A stretch of DNA of 64,000 nucleotides from Thelocarpon superellum (Eukaryota), in assembly GCA_026025795.1 (NCBI GenBank), contig JAPEUG010000032.1:1-64000 (forward strand), written 5' to 3'. A program made the position numbers and the translations under genes. Positions 50,101 through 62,975 of this stretch are shown piece after piece. The notes beneath the pieces are model-generated. The model had not been told where the DNA came from and did not search any database. It saw nothing but the letters and a program-made list of their open reading frames with translations. How positions within the stretch are numbered: position 1 is the first letter of the stretch; each line of letters opens with the position of its first letter.

Positions 50101-51612
50101 CCCTTGGTGCCCTCGGCGGCCGATGCCTCATGGAAGACGCCATCGGTTCCGCTGAGCAAATACGCCATTGGCAAGATCATGGCCGTCGAGCGGGCTCCTC
50201 CACGCAAGCGGAGTCGGTACGAGTTCGAAGAAGAGGACGAGATGACATCGGGTTCGCATGTCGCTTACCACCACCCCCTTCCGTCCCATGCCATCTTGAC
50301 TTGCGCCACATGTACACAGCTCGAGCTCGCGCCGGTGGAGGACCGCGTGGCCTTGTTCCGTGCGGAGAACAAACACATCCGCGATCGCATTCACGCGGGC
50401 CATGCCTTTCGGCCACCCTCAGAATTCCCCATGCCGTCGCAGAGCTTCTACGAGTGCCGCCACTCCTCGCAATGGCTGTGGACGGAAGACGACGAGCTCC
50501 GTGCCCTGGTCAAGGAGTATTCGTACAACTGGTCACTCATCTCCAGCACCTTATCGAGCCGCTCCACCTACTCCTCGGCGGCCGAGCGACGCACGCCGTG
50601 GGAATGCTTTGAGCGATGGGTCAGCCTCGAGGGCTTACCCGCGGACATGCAGAAGACGCAGTACTTCCGCGCCTATCATGCGCGCCTCGAAGCCGCACAG
50701 CGTCATCTCATGTCGCAGCCGGCGCCGGCTTCACAGCAAGCACAGCAGCAAGCGGCGCAAGCAGGTCAAGCAGGGCAAGGGTCGACGCAAGCCGGGCAAG
50801 GCAATAACGCGCCGACGCCGGTACGGAGACGGACGTCGCAGCCTGTTCGGGTCGAGCGGCGAAAGAATACCAAGTACCTGGCCTTGATCGACGCGATGCG
50901 AAAGCTGGCCAAGAAGCGGGAGACGGCGCTCCAGAAGCAACAACAAGGTGAGTCGTGCATGCACCTCCACCCGCTGACGCTGGCGGCGCTCGGATCGACG
51001 GCTAACATGGATCGCCGCAGCTGCGGGAATCGCCGCGATGCGCAAAGCCACGACCGATCCCAACCAACCTCGAGCCCCCGTACACACCCCGCAAGACTTC
51101 AGCCGGTTGAAGCACGAGCGAGATGTGAAGATTCAGGAGCGGATGGCAGAACGGGCCGAGGCGTACCGCCAGTCGGTCCTCGCCCAGCAACGGGTAAGCT
51201 CACGTAGGGTCCAGCCACGGATGACCCGAGGCTGATCTCTCTTCCAGGCCGCCGTCCAACACCGCGGTGGTCAAGCACAGGCACCACCACACACGACGAT
51301 GAACGGAGGCCCGCTGGCCCCCGGTGCTGCGTCAGCAAAGGTCGCCCCGGTAGGCCCCGTCTCGTCGCTGCCCAATGGCTCGGGTCCCGCCGGCTTGCTC
51401 GCCCCAGTCCGACCGCAGGCAGCGTTCCCTGGGCCGGGCAACGGCATGCAAGGTCTCAGCAACGGGCATGGCCAACCCCCCGTGAAGGGTATGGCTCAGG
51501 GGGCGATGCAGACCGGTATGGGCAATCAGACCCGCGCGCCACAAGCGATGCAGTCGGACGTCCGTCTGCTCATGGAGACGAACCGGATCCAACAAGAGCA
51601 GCGCCGCTTTCT

Positions 51613-51643
<31 letters not shown>

Positions 51644-52333
51644 CAACAGCAAGGCCAGCATGCGTTCGTCACGGCGCATCAGGCGCATAGCCAAGCGGGG
51701 CCGTCCTCGTCACCTAGCATGGGCAATCTGAATGGGTACAGTGGGCCAAATGCGATGGCGAGCAATCCGGCTATGCTTGCTGCCTTCCAGGCGGCGACTA
51801 ACGCGGCCGGCATGTCCAGCCCTCCACCCAACGGCCTCGGCGTGCCGGGCCGCAACTCCTCTTCGCCGCGCATGGGCCCGAACCATGCCGGTCAGGCCAA
51901 CGTTCCTCAACCACTGTCCAGCGGGGTGGTGCCGGCCATCAACTCCATCTCGCATCAGATCAAAGCGCGCAACCCCGGGGCCAGTCCCGAGCAGATCCAA
52001 CGCATGACGGCTGAGCAGCTGACGGCGCAGTACCAGCACCGCATGACGCAGGCAGCCATGAACGCGGCCGCGGGCGGCGGCAATGGGGCGACGCCGGCGG
52101 CGATGGGGATGATGAACGCGGTCGGGGGCGTGCCCAATCAACAACTCTACGCCCAAATGATCCGCGCCCAGCAAGCCAACCAGTCACGCGGCGGAAGTGC
52201 CGGACCCAGTGGCGCGCGACCGCCCTCCCGGAGCGCGACGCCCCAGAACCAACGAGGGGGAAATCCGCCCATCAATCAGGGACAGAGCCAGAGCCCGCGA
52301 CCGCCGCCGGCACAGATGGCGGCGGGTCAGTGA
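47110..52333 (+). CDS. EAF1: NuA4 scaffold subunit Eaf1/Vid21 (HSA + SANT/Myb domains, Q-rich tail)
   Basis: [89 protein letters not shown]. At least 4 introns. Confidence 0.95.
51614..51652 (+). repeat. CAG/CAA repeat encoding Q13 in EAF1
   Basis: (cag)7(caa)4 cag caa. Confidence 0.9.
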
Positions 52334-52803
52334 GTGTGTGAATCGGCGACGAGGAGACGAGTGGTCTTCCCGTGTACATACTTCCCTTCCCTTCGTTCGT
52401 TACCTTTCGTCCCTCTCACATTTCACCTCACCGCACGTATGTCGTGACTGTCTGTACATAGGACTTATCCATTTAACTGTAGACGTGGTATGCATCAAGT
52501 ATCCAGGATTGTCGCTATGATGTAAGTGAGAGTGAGGGCATGTGGGGATGAGGGACGAAATGATGAGGGGGAGACGGTGATGTTGGCAATTCCACAAAGA
52601 CACGCGATGTATCGAGATGCAAGCGCGTGGAGGTGATGACTCAGCAGCCCGTCGACCGTCGGATATCCTGATGGAAATTCGTCGTAAGTCAAGGTCCAGG
52701 AAAAATCGAGGGCCGGGCTGCAACGCCCACAACCAGCCGCCGGTCGACGGGCTCGACCTCTCCCCCAATCACCTATGCGTGTCTGCTCACGCCCCACGAC
52801 ATC

Positions 52804-54448
52804 ATGTCGTCAAATGGTCAGCACAAAGCCCAGAAAACCGGCGGCAGCGCGAAGCCCATCTCCATCTCCTTTGGTGGCGGGGCTAACAAAACCGGACCTA
52901 GCTCTCCGGCGTCAAAATCCATCACTGGATCGTCATCTCTCACCTCTCGACCCATCACATATGGGGGCTTGAAAGGAAATGTAGCGGGGCGAGGCGCTCA
53001 CGGACCCGTCGGAGCTCAGGCGAAGCGGCGACACCAGACGCTCCATGACTCGGACGATGAAGACGACGCTGCGACCAACCAGCAAGTCCAGCTCGTGTCG
53101 GGCTTCGATCATGCTGCGGGCGGGGCGATCGAAATCGAAGATGAGACGGCGAAGAAGGAAACGAAAAGTGCTCTGGTCATTACGGGCCTCAAGAACCGCG
53201 ACTGGCGGGAGGAAAGTCGACGGAAGAGGGGGGGAGCTAATCTGTTGCCGCGAGAAGTCCAGGCGGCGGCGACAGCAGCATCATCAGGCGCACAGACAAA
53301 AATGGACGTCGTCAACGGTGCGCCGCAGGCTTTCGGCCTGACGTTCGTTAAGAGCGACGACGCGGACAAGGTGGAGAATGAGAATGGCACCGAGCACGGC
53401 GACCAATCTACCAACCGAGCCCCACTCACGGCGCAAAAGACCGACGACGAAATGGCCCTTGAAGCGCTCATGACAGACGGAAGCGGCGCCCGCAAATCTA
53501 ATATGGTGCTTCCCGCGCTCCCGTCGGCCGTCGATGCCGGGACCAATGGACGAAACGCGGGGAGATCCAGCTTCGGCATGAACGAAGACGACGCGTTCAA
53601 GGCCGACGTGTCATCACGGCCCGACATGGCCACACTAGAAGACTACGCCGCGGTCCCAGTGGAAGAGTTCGGCGCGGCCCTCCTACGTGGCATGGGCTGG
53701 AAAGAAGGCGACGCGGTCGGCAAGCGCAAGAACCAAAGCAGCAAACCGCGTCTCCTCGAGCGCCGACCGGCTCTCCTCGGGATCGGGGCCAAGGAAGTCC
53801 CCGGCGGGGCAGTAGGTGATGAGTTAGGGGCGTGGGGGAAAGCGACGGCTCCAAAGGGCGGCAAGAGAAAGATCGACACGACCTATACGCCTGTGCTACT
53901 CCGGAACTCCAAAACGGGCGAGATGGTAACGGAGGAAGAATTGAAGGGGAAGCTGGACGAGCAGGGACGGAAGAAATCACGGGGTGAGGAATCCGAGAAG
54001 CTGCCTGGTGATACACATGATCGAGATCGAGGTCATGATCGAGGGGGAAAAGACAGAGAGCGACACGACGACGGGAAGGTCAAACGAGACAGGTGAGTTC
54101 ATGCACACACACACACACTCTCTCTTCCCTTCATCCTATCCGGTACGATACTAATGTGCGTGGTTGAGTAGGATTCGAGATCGAGATCGAGAGCGTGACC
54201 GTGATCGAGACCCAGACCGAGACCGGGAGCGGGACAGGTACAAGGACAGGGAGAAAGACAAGGAGAGGGATCGATATCGCGACAAGGAACAACCTCGTGA
54301 TCGGGACCGGGATCAGGACTGGGATCGACATCGGGAAAGAGACCGGTACCGGGACAAGGACAGAGATCGCGATCGAGATCGAGATCGAGATCGAGATAGA
54401 CAACGGGCTAGGGATAGGGATAGAGATAGGCCGAGAGATATCAGATAG
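52804..54448 (+). CDS. SPP2: Pre-mRNA splicing factor Spp2 (G-patch) with an RD-repeat tail exon
   Basis: DYAAVPVEEFGAALLRGMGW and RRPALLGIGAK. Intron 54093-54171 joins in frame to the RD-rich ORF ending at 54448. Confidence 0.9.
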
Positions 54449-54632
54449 GAAGATGATACCCATGGCCACCCGATACTTATCGATCTGCGGTACTTCACGG
54501 CGGGAGTCAATGTATAAGTGATTGATTGATTGGTTGATTCATGATTTGTGGCATCAGAACACAAGCTCAACGTCCTCAGCAATCTCTCTTCCTCATCTTC
54601 CCCATCCATCACCCTCATGCCCCCCCCTCCAT

Positions 54633-55391
54633 CTACCGGACGATCCCCTCGAATCGATTCTTGAACCACTTGACCGTCTCCACGCTGTTAATCCGGTGAG
54701 AAGAGCCGATGCGCGACTTGCATCGTCGTCGCTTCGCTACTCGTTCGCCTGGTCGGGTCCTTTTTCATCTCGTCAGCCCCAGCCTGCCATGGAATCCGTG
54801 AAGACCTATGAGGGCACTCACATGCAGCAGTAGAAGTCCATGCCATAGATACCAATGGACGGATCGTATTTGATGCCGAGATCGATGTGTTCGCTAATGC
54901 CGAAGCCGAAGTTACCCGTCTCCGAGAAGTTCCTCTTCCGCAGCTCGTATTCCTTGACCTTTAATCCCCGCTCCAGAATCTCCTCTGCCTTCGGTCCTCG
55001 CACGGTGACGTGCACGGCGATCTTTTCGTTACGACGGATTCCGAACGTGCGGACGGTGTATCGTGCTTTGCCTGGAGGAGAAGAAAGGTTTCGTCAGCCG
55101 GAGGGCTTTTGCATGACAGCGGCTGAAGAGCACGTACTGTACACGGGCGTTTGACCGCTCAGTTGCTCCAACACCTTGGCCGCTCGCGTCAATCGATCAC
55201 CGGATTCGCCGACGGAGATGTTGAGCACCAGCTTCTGAATTCGCAGCTCCCTCATGGGGTTGCCGCTCTTGTCTTTCCCGGATTCCGCCTGAAGGGTCGC
55301 CATCAGCTATATTCCATCGACACGAAGTGGAATCGCAATGGACGTGCAAGTGCTTGCTTCGCCATTCGATCAGGGAATAGCGTCTCACCAT
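54633..55391 (-). CDS. RPL11: 60S ribosomal protein uL5 (L11), 4 exons; first coding exon is the ATG only
   Basis: [70 protein letters not shown], ending [11 protein letters not shown]. Confidence 0.98.
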
Positions 55392-55681
55392 CGTGGCTGA
55401 ATTGTCGGTGGTCGGGGTCGTGGTCGTTGGACTTTGACGTCGGTCCGGCGTGCCCATTAGTAGCACGAATCATTAGCCTACACGACAGTCCCGGCGGGAA
55501 GGGTTCGCCCGACATTGAACCCTAGGATTGCGCTAAACCAAAGTCGGTTGGCAACTTTGGAACCTCTGCCGAGCACCACCGCGACTTCTGAGGTGACAGG
55601 CCCAAACTGGCCGGATTGTCTACGTCCTCTCCAACCATCGACTCTCCCCTGTGGTTACGTTGCGGCGTAAGATAGCCAATC

Positions 55682-56621
55682 ATGGCGCAAAATAAACAGG
55701 GAAAGATGGTGAGAAGCTTCTCCGCACGCCCGACGAAGTTCGTTGTACTAGCTAACGTGTGAACAGGCAAATCTGGTGTGTACCTCTCGCCTCCAGCGTG
55801 TTGATTTCTGTACCGAAGCTAACCTCACAGATCAATTATCGAATGCGCGTCACGCTTAATGATGGGCGACAAATGACCGGGTCGATGTTGGCATTTGACA
55901 AGGTGCGGCCCTGACGGTGCATGTCTGGAATCCCCACTGACCGCGTGCAGCACATGAACCTGGTCCTCGCCGACACGGAAGAGTTTCGACGAGTCAAGAG
56001 CAAGCCCTCAAAAGGAGCGACGCAGGCGGCCCCGGGAAGCGCAGGGCCAGCGCTGGTGGAGACGGAGCAAAAGCGAACGCTCGGCCTGACGATTGTGCGA
56101 GGCACCAACATCATTTCTCTGTCCGTCGAAGCGCCTCCTCCCGCCGATCCATCCGCACGATTAGGGACGAGTGCGCCAGGAGGACCGGGAGCTGCGCCCG
56201 CGACTCTGGCGGCTGGGCCGGGCATCAGTCGACCCGCTGGCCGAGGCTTACCAGGCGGATTGAGCGGTCCGGCCATGGGCGTAGGAGGACCGGCACCCCC
56301 TGGAGGATTTCCACCGTTCCCAGGTGGGCCACCTGGAGGGTTTGGCGGGCCACCTGGGTTCCCAGGTCGAGGAGGACCGGGAGCACCTCGTATGTTCCTC
56401 TAGCCCTCAATATCGCCTCTCTAACCTGATCGTTCTAGCCGGCTTTGCACCACCTGGGTTCCCCGGAGCGCCGGGCGGAGGACCACGTGAGTTCAATCAG
56501 TCCGATGCGAACGTCTTACTTGATACTAACGGTGTTTCTAGCCGGAGGGTTCCAACCCCCGCCGGGCTTCCAAGCACCACCTGGCTCAGGCCGGGGACTT
56601 CCACCTGGATTCGGTAGATGA
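55682..56621 (+). CDS. SMB1: Spliceosomal Sm protein B, 6 exons including a 9-nt micro-exon
   Basis: MAQNKQGKM|ANL|INYRMRVTLNDGRQMTGSMLAFDK|HMNLVLADTEEFRR...KRTLGLTIVRG, then a G/P-rich tail ending PPGFGR*. Confidence 0.96.
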
Positions 56622-57721
56622 TCAATTCAATACCATGCAATCCCAAGCAATGCCATCCTGAAGAGCATCAATGTAGTATTACCATTACTGGTTACCGTGC
56701 TTGCAAGGCGTTGAGGAGGAAAAGAGATCAAATTGAGCAAGATAAAGATGCCTGCCCACCATGTCACGAAGTGCCTACCGATAGAACTGTTGGATGTCGC
56801 CTGGTGATTCAGCCCACCTGATGGAAGGCCGCAAAGTCCATGATGCAACCGCTGAAGAGACATTGACGTGAATAGCCAAGCGGCGATAGCATCGCAGAGA
56901 GGAAATCAAAGACGGGGGTATCATGATTACATTACCGCCAAATCACCGTCGGATTGAGCATTGGGATACAGGGATGCCCGTGCAGCTGGAGCTCAAGCGG
57001 CTGCACCACAGTCGCTTTCGTATAGCACCGCGAGAAGTTACGGGATGGGACACGTGACCATGTCCAGCAAATGTCCGTTCCGGCCGTCGTCTTGAGAAAT
57101 TTAGCTCGGATTTGCCGATGCCGGAGCTCCAGAACCCGCATGAGAGGAAAAGTACGAGGATCCAACAAACGAGTCATTCGCCCGACACTCACAGAGTATC
57201 AAGGTCCCGCAAGAGTATGACTGCTTTACGCGCTGGGTAGATAAAGTCCGAGGACGTGTAGTAATGGCGATAGCACGACTATCTGTTCACTCAATTGTGC
57301 GTAGAGAGGAACGACCCAGGCAGATAGTTATCGTACAGGTACGAAACAGACTTGAACAAGCACACCAGCAACCCAGCAAGGTAGCTGAGTACCATAGCTT
57401 GGACTTGCACGACCGACCTGTCCATCCCCCCTCATTCACCAGTCATCCACGCTTCCCAACCTCACCACTCCCTTCTAACTCTCGTCTGCTCTCTCGACCA
57501 CGCCACCACTGAGACAAAGAGCAACTCGGAGAGGCAGAGAAAGGGAGGAAGAGCAGGCTGCCAAGGTAACTGACTTCCTTAGGATCGTCGCCTGCCCTTC
57601 CTCGTCTTCAATCAAACTGACATAACCGCCAAGTTCACACGACTGCGACAGCATTGTCGGACGCGTACACGTTCACACACAACGACGCCTCTCGCGCCGT
57701 CGCTGCGCACTGCCCAGAACC

Positions 57722-58423
57722 ATGGCAGCCTTTGTCTCTTCAATCAACGCCAAGATCCGCTCACAACCCGTATTGAACTATGTGTTCTCGACGCGTGAGC
57801 TGGCCCTCCTGCGTGGTCGTGCATTCATCTATGCGGAGATATCAGCTAACGGATTGGTGGTCCCCGAGGATAGATTTCTGGGGGCCCGTGTCAAACTTTG
57901 GCATTCCCATCGCAGCGATAATGGACACGCAGAAGGAACCGGAGATGTATGATCACCTCCCCAACCTCGCCTCCCTCCTCTCTCTCTCCGCACGTCCCGA
58001 TACACTGTGCATGGGCTGAGAAAGATCTCCACAGCATCTCGGGCAAAATGACAGCGGCCTTGTGCGTCTACAGCGCAACGTTCATGCGATACGCGCTGGC
58101 GGTCCAGCCTAAGAACTATCTGCTCTTCACCTGCCATCTGGCCAACGAAGGCGCCCAGCTGACGCAGGGATACCGGTACTTGAATTACTGGAAGTGAGTG
58201 CTTCCTCCTCGTCTCCACCTGACTCGTGTATCTCCCTCTACCCTGCGCGCTCTGAAGCACCGAAAGGTGAAAGAGACGTACTGATCGGGGAACTGAATCT
58301 AGCTGGGGAGGCCGAGAACAGTCGTTGAAACTGAACGAAGAAGCCGAGAGCCTAGCCAATTCGGCGACGACGGCGGCATCGTCGGCCGTGTCTGCTGTGA
58401 CCGGGGAAAATTCTAAATCGTGA
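57722..58423 (+). CDS. MPC1: Mitochondrial pyruvate carrier subunit 1, 4 exons
   Basis: [61 protein letters not shown]. Confidence 0.95.
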
Positions 58424-58685
58424 TGAATGTGTCAGGAAGGGGATGAAAGGGACAGAAACGGCGCTGGAATGAGCCAGGACAGAGGGAGAAGCGAGTTGTT
58501 AGGCGGTGAGGGAAAGACAAGAGGCAGAGGCAGAGAAGAGAGAAAGCGAATGTATTTTGGTAGACGATCGATCTCAGCCAGGCAGGCGAATGCAGGGTCG
58601 AAAGCAGATCTAATTTGAGCAATTGAGGTCGATTTCATCATTCGAAGACCACGTCGAGTAGGTAACTGATTGAAAATCAGGACCG

Positions 58686-61310
58686 TCAATCGACGTCCAT
58701 CTCGTCTGCCTCTCCCTCTGCCTCTTCTTCGTCCTCAACGTCGACGTCCACATCTGCATCGACGCCGTTCTCGCCCTCACCCTCGCCCTCACCCTCTCCC
58801 TCTGGCTCAGTATCGCCGTCCTCGCCTCCTCCGGCTCCGCCATCCATCTCACCCAGTAGCTCGCGGTCCATGTCGTCCAGTTCGCCTTCCCCTTCTCCAT
58901 CCTCTTCGTCTCCATCTGCATCTGCGTTTTCGTTGCCGCCGTTGACTTCACCCTCACCTTCACCCTCACCCTCTCCCTCTCCATCAACCTCATCCCTCCG
59001 CTTTTCATCGCCATCGCCGTCGATGTCCTCGCCGCCACTCGTCTGGTCTTTCCTCGCCAGTTTCTTGCCCGTGGCCATCACCCCGCCGACGCCCCTGCCC
59101 AGCGCGTCCCATCTCTCCAAGCGGCGCCCAGTCCGGCGCAAGGCTGCGGCATACGCGGCTGCTTCCTCGCCGTAGTCATCGTCATCCGTTGCAAGGGCCA
59201 TGAGGCCTGCCGGCCCGTGCTCGCGGAATGGCCCATTTGGCGTCTTGGCGCCGTCGTCGTCCACTTCGTCGTCTTCGTCACTGTTTGCGAACGGGTCCGA
59301 TAGCGCCTCGTGCCGTACCCATGCCCGCCAGATGGCGCCTTCGCTCTTGCGTGTGCGCTTGTTCCTGTGGAAGATCTTGCGTAGGCGGCGGTCGAGCAGG
59401 TAGTCGACGCGTTGTTGGCGGTTTCGCTCCACTGCGATTTGGTGCGCAGTCAGTGGTCGCGGTCGCCGTGCTGTGTTGCCCCCGTCTGCTTGGAGGATGG
59501 GGTGGCCTGCGCCAGGTGGCACGGGCGAGGAGCCGTCGCGCTGCTGCTCCATGCGCGTCTTGAGGATGATTCGTTGTGGGCCTGTGCGGTCCCGTTTGTC
59601 CCGTGGCCATCGGCCTCGACCCGTCTTCGCCGTCGTTTGCGACGATCCGGCGCCTGCTCCTTTTCGTGTCCCAGTGCTGTGCCGGCCCTCGTGGATGTTA
59701 AAGGTCGGGCGCGACCCTGGGGGCGACGCGGATCGCGTCCGGTCTGTGTCTGAGTGCGCTTCTAGGGCGGCGAGTCGTCGGCCCTTGGATCGATCCGATG
59801 TCCGCACCCCCCGTCCATGTGTGTCTCCGTGGTCTGCGGAGGCTAGATTGCTCATGCCTGTCTTAATCAGAGATCGCTCTGCATTCTCAACAGTATCACT
59901 CACTCTTCTTGCCCCGTTTCGACGGTGGCGCCGTGATGGTCGCATCGCTCTCCATGATTCCTGGTCTCGTCAGATCGTGCGTCACAGCATCCCCAGTCCA
60001 CTTACGTCGTCGCTCGTCCTGCTTCCTCTCGCCATACTGGACCTCTTCCGGGGTGTCCACGTTCTCCAAGTCCCGTTGTTCCTCTGTCAAGTGCTCAAAT
60101 GGAGGCAACTTCTGCGGGATTCCCTCCACATCGGGTGGCTGCCCGGGACCGAAAGGATTTTTGGCCGCGGCTTCGGCGGAGAAGTCACTCTCGAGATACC
60201 ACCACATCAGCCACAGGAACCCTCGTGCTCGGCTTCGACTGCTCAACGTCGTCCGAGTGACGAGATCAAAGAAGTCGAGCTGATTGGAGAAGTGGACCTC
60301 TGTGAGTTTCGGCGCGTATTGAGATAGCACGAAGATGAGATTGACCGGATTGGTGCGCGGGACGGAGAGCGTTTTCAGCTGCTCAATGTTGCTCGGTTCA
60401 CCCTTGTCTTCGCATGCTCCCTTCAGAATCGACTTCAGTCGAGGTGCGTCCTGAAGCTGTTTGTAGGCATTCGGATCTTGCTTGGCCTGAAGACAAGGAA
60501 TCGCGTGGTAAGTCCGTAATTGAGCGCGCATCTCAGGGAAGACTGTGGTGCGTCGTTAGATGAAGAACATGCCATCTGATCCACCAGCTTACAGTTCAGT
60601 GTCGTGTTCATCCGTCCCACATTGACCAACAGGCAGACCATGGCCATGTTCAAGGCCGATGACCGGTCGCTCAACAGCTTTTCGCGTAGGATCTTGCTCG
60701 ATTTGGGACTCCAAGCCATGGCTTCAATGTAGATGTCGGCAAATGTCGCGTCGCCCAGCTGGGTCCTCACGCTCGTGAAGGCCTGGGTTTGGTCGTCAAA
60801 GACAGCACGGAGGAACTCGTATTGGATGTCGGCCCGCCATAGCGGGATGCCGTCCTCCTTTTTGATGTTCTTCATCTTGTTGCCGCCATAGATGGACGAA
60901 GGTGTGGGGGCGTGTGCATTGCGTCGAGCCCCGCTCCCCGGCGGCTGTGGCACCAGTTCGACAGGGGCAGCCTTTCGCGGCCCTTCCACTCGCTGTGGCT
61001 CGTCCATCTCATCTTCCGTGCTATCGTGCGTGGCATCCTGGGCCCACGACGTCCGTCCGGCGAGAGGGGTGGCGGTAGCGGATGACAAGGGCTCGCGCTG
61101 CGCGGGCGGGCTGTCGACCAAAAGATGCTGTAGCCGATTGCGCGGGTCGGGCTCGTCGGGCCGGAGGGGTGATGAAGGCACCTCCATGGCATCTTGATCC
61201 AGCCTCGGGTCTGCGATGGTGGATCCCGAGGACTGCGACCGGGCCAGGCCGGGAGGTGAACTAGCATCTTCTGCGGCCGCGAGGGAAGACCGATCGAGCG
61301 TAGCCATCAT
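58686..61310 (-). CDS. IES1: INO80 complex subunit Ies1, 4 exons
   Basis: KKEDGIPLWRADIQYEFL, LLVNVGRMNTTLNFFPEMRAQLRTYHAIPCLQ, KQLQDAPRLKSILK, RTNPVNLIF, FLWLMWWYLE, acidic GE-repeat tail. Confidence 0.92.
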
Positions 61311-62975
61311 ACGCCAGCAGGATGATCAGTGGAGCTCAATTGATCGGTACCGCAGCCGTCAAGGGTAGAGCCAACTCTTCAAGGGATCTGAATTATCGGG
61401 AGAGCGACCGGACGTCGTGGGTGGTACCAGCAGCAGGGGATCCGTCTAAGTAGACGACGTAGGATCGTGTCGTGACGTGGGGGCGTAGGAAGGATCCGTG
61501 ACTCGAATGGACGCGCTGCCGACAAGGTAGACGGCGTTCGGGTGAAGAGAGAGAAAGGGAAGGTCAGGCAGGCGTTGCATCCTCAAAAGGAGCGAATCTT
61601 CAGCTATCTGACGCCGAACTGGAACTGAGCAGCGCGAGCTTGGGCGCTTGGACGCTTGTCGCTTCGTCCACTTGTTCGAAGATCTCACGTCGCGAGATTT
61701 CGCGTGAGCGTCTGGCCCTATCTTGCCCACTGCGCAAGACCGAGTCGGTGGAGCAGGTTCTTGACCACGACGGGACCGATCGCGCCAGTGTTACTCCTCG
61801 TGATGAACCTCTCATCCAGGAGGCCATGCGTTCCCCGGTTGGCGACTTCTTCGACCAGTCTCTCGCAATATCACGACTACGTCAAGTCTCAAGTCTACGG
61901 ATGCGCCACGCATATTCAGGGGCAACAGATGACTTTTTTTGATGGCTCTTCTATACTGGCAATCGTCAAATGTCCGGGTCGTCGAGACCGAATGAAGCGG
62001 CAGTCCCGAATATGGCCCTCCGTCTCTTCGTCCATCCGCACGACTTCCGTGAGGGGGGAAGTAAGCGTGCCATCGAAGAAAAAGGACGAAGCCAATGTGC
62101 CGTCGAGGCCGTCTGGCGTCGAGGGCTGTCAACGCCAATCCGATCAAGGCGCCCCTCCCCAGTCCGATCCAGGGCTCGAGCGTCTATCGTACGGACCACA
62201 CACGCTGACCATCTATGACCATCACGCCCAAGGCGTTCAACGAGAAGAGACCCGAATTTCGTAGGGGCAGTGAAATCGCAAGAGAGGTGAAGCAAAACGT
62301 AAGGGAGCTGAAGCGACCAGCAACAAAAGCAGAACCTTCTATGTCGTAACCCATCCGTGTGTGTGCGTGAGAGGGAGAGAGAGAGAGCGCGCGCGCGATG
62401 CTTCTGGTGCCGACCGGGGAAACCAGTGATCTTCACTGGAATGCTGCGCTTCCTTCTCGTCCCTCGCTCCGATGCCGCCGTTGCATATGACCACTCGTCC
62501 AGGTGACGAAAACGATATGCCCGTCATGTGACCCCATATCCTCACGCAATATGTCGCGAGGAGTGTGTAAGGCCCCAGGGAAACAGACGGAAGTCAACGC
62601 TATCTATCAGATGTCGATAACACAGCAGCGGCGCGATCGTCGGCGCTAGGTCAAGGGAGAGGTCGTAATTGGAGGTCTTGCCCACGTACTTCCCCCTGCC
62701 ACCCGAGAGTTCTGTAGGTGGTGGTGTTGAGCTGGTAGGTAGCAAGAGAGCAAATGGTCGCATAGGAAGAAGAAGTCGACGGAACAAACATGGGCAGAAC
62801 AGGTAAAAGAAGTCGTGCAAGTCGAGGCGTGGAGAACAGGCAGATGCCCAAGGAGTCGTGTGGCACCAGGCCAGTCTCCGAGATCACTCAGTCGTCGCAT
62901 AGTTGGCCCTATGGTGATAGGCGATGATGACGCAGTGAGGCGGAGACAGCCGCCCGTCGATCTCTCCACGAGAGA

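Noticed and set aside
52560..52672. C, C'- and D-like boxes between EAF1 and SPP2
   Set aside because: No terminal stem in register and no recognisable guide. Likely 3' UTR or promoter sequence.
54172..54448. Regular GATCGA repeats as a CRISPR-like or mobile array
   Set aside because: No repeat-spacer structure. It is a coding dipeptide repeat in a eukaryotic gene.
61446..62969. ORFs between IES1 and DED1
   Set aside because: Mostly non-ATG starts and no homology cues. Consistent with the IES1 promoter and DED1 3' UTR.
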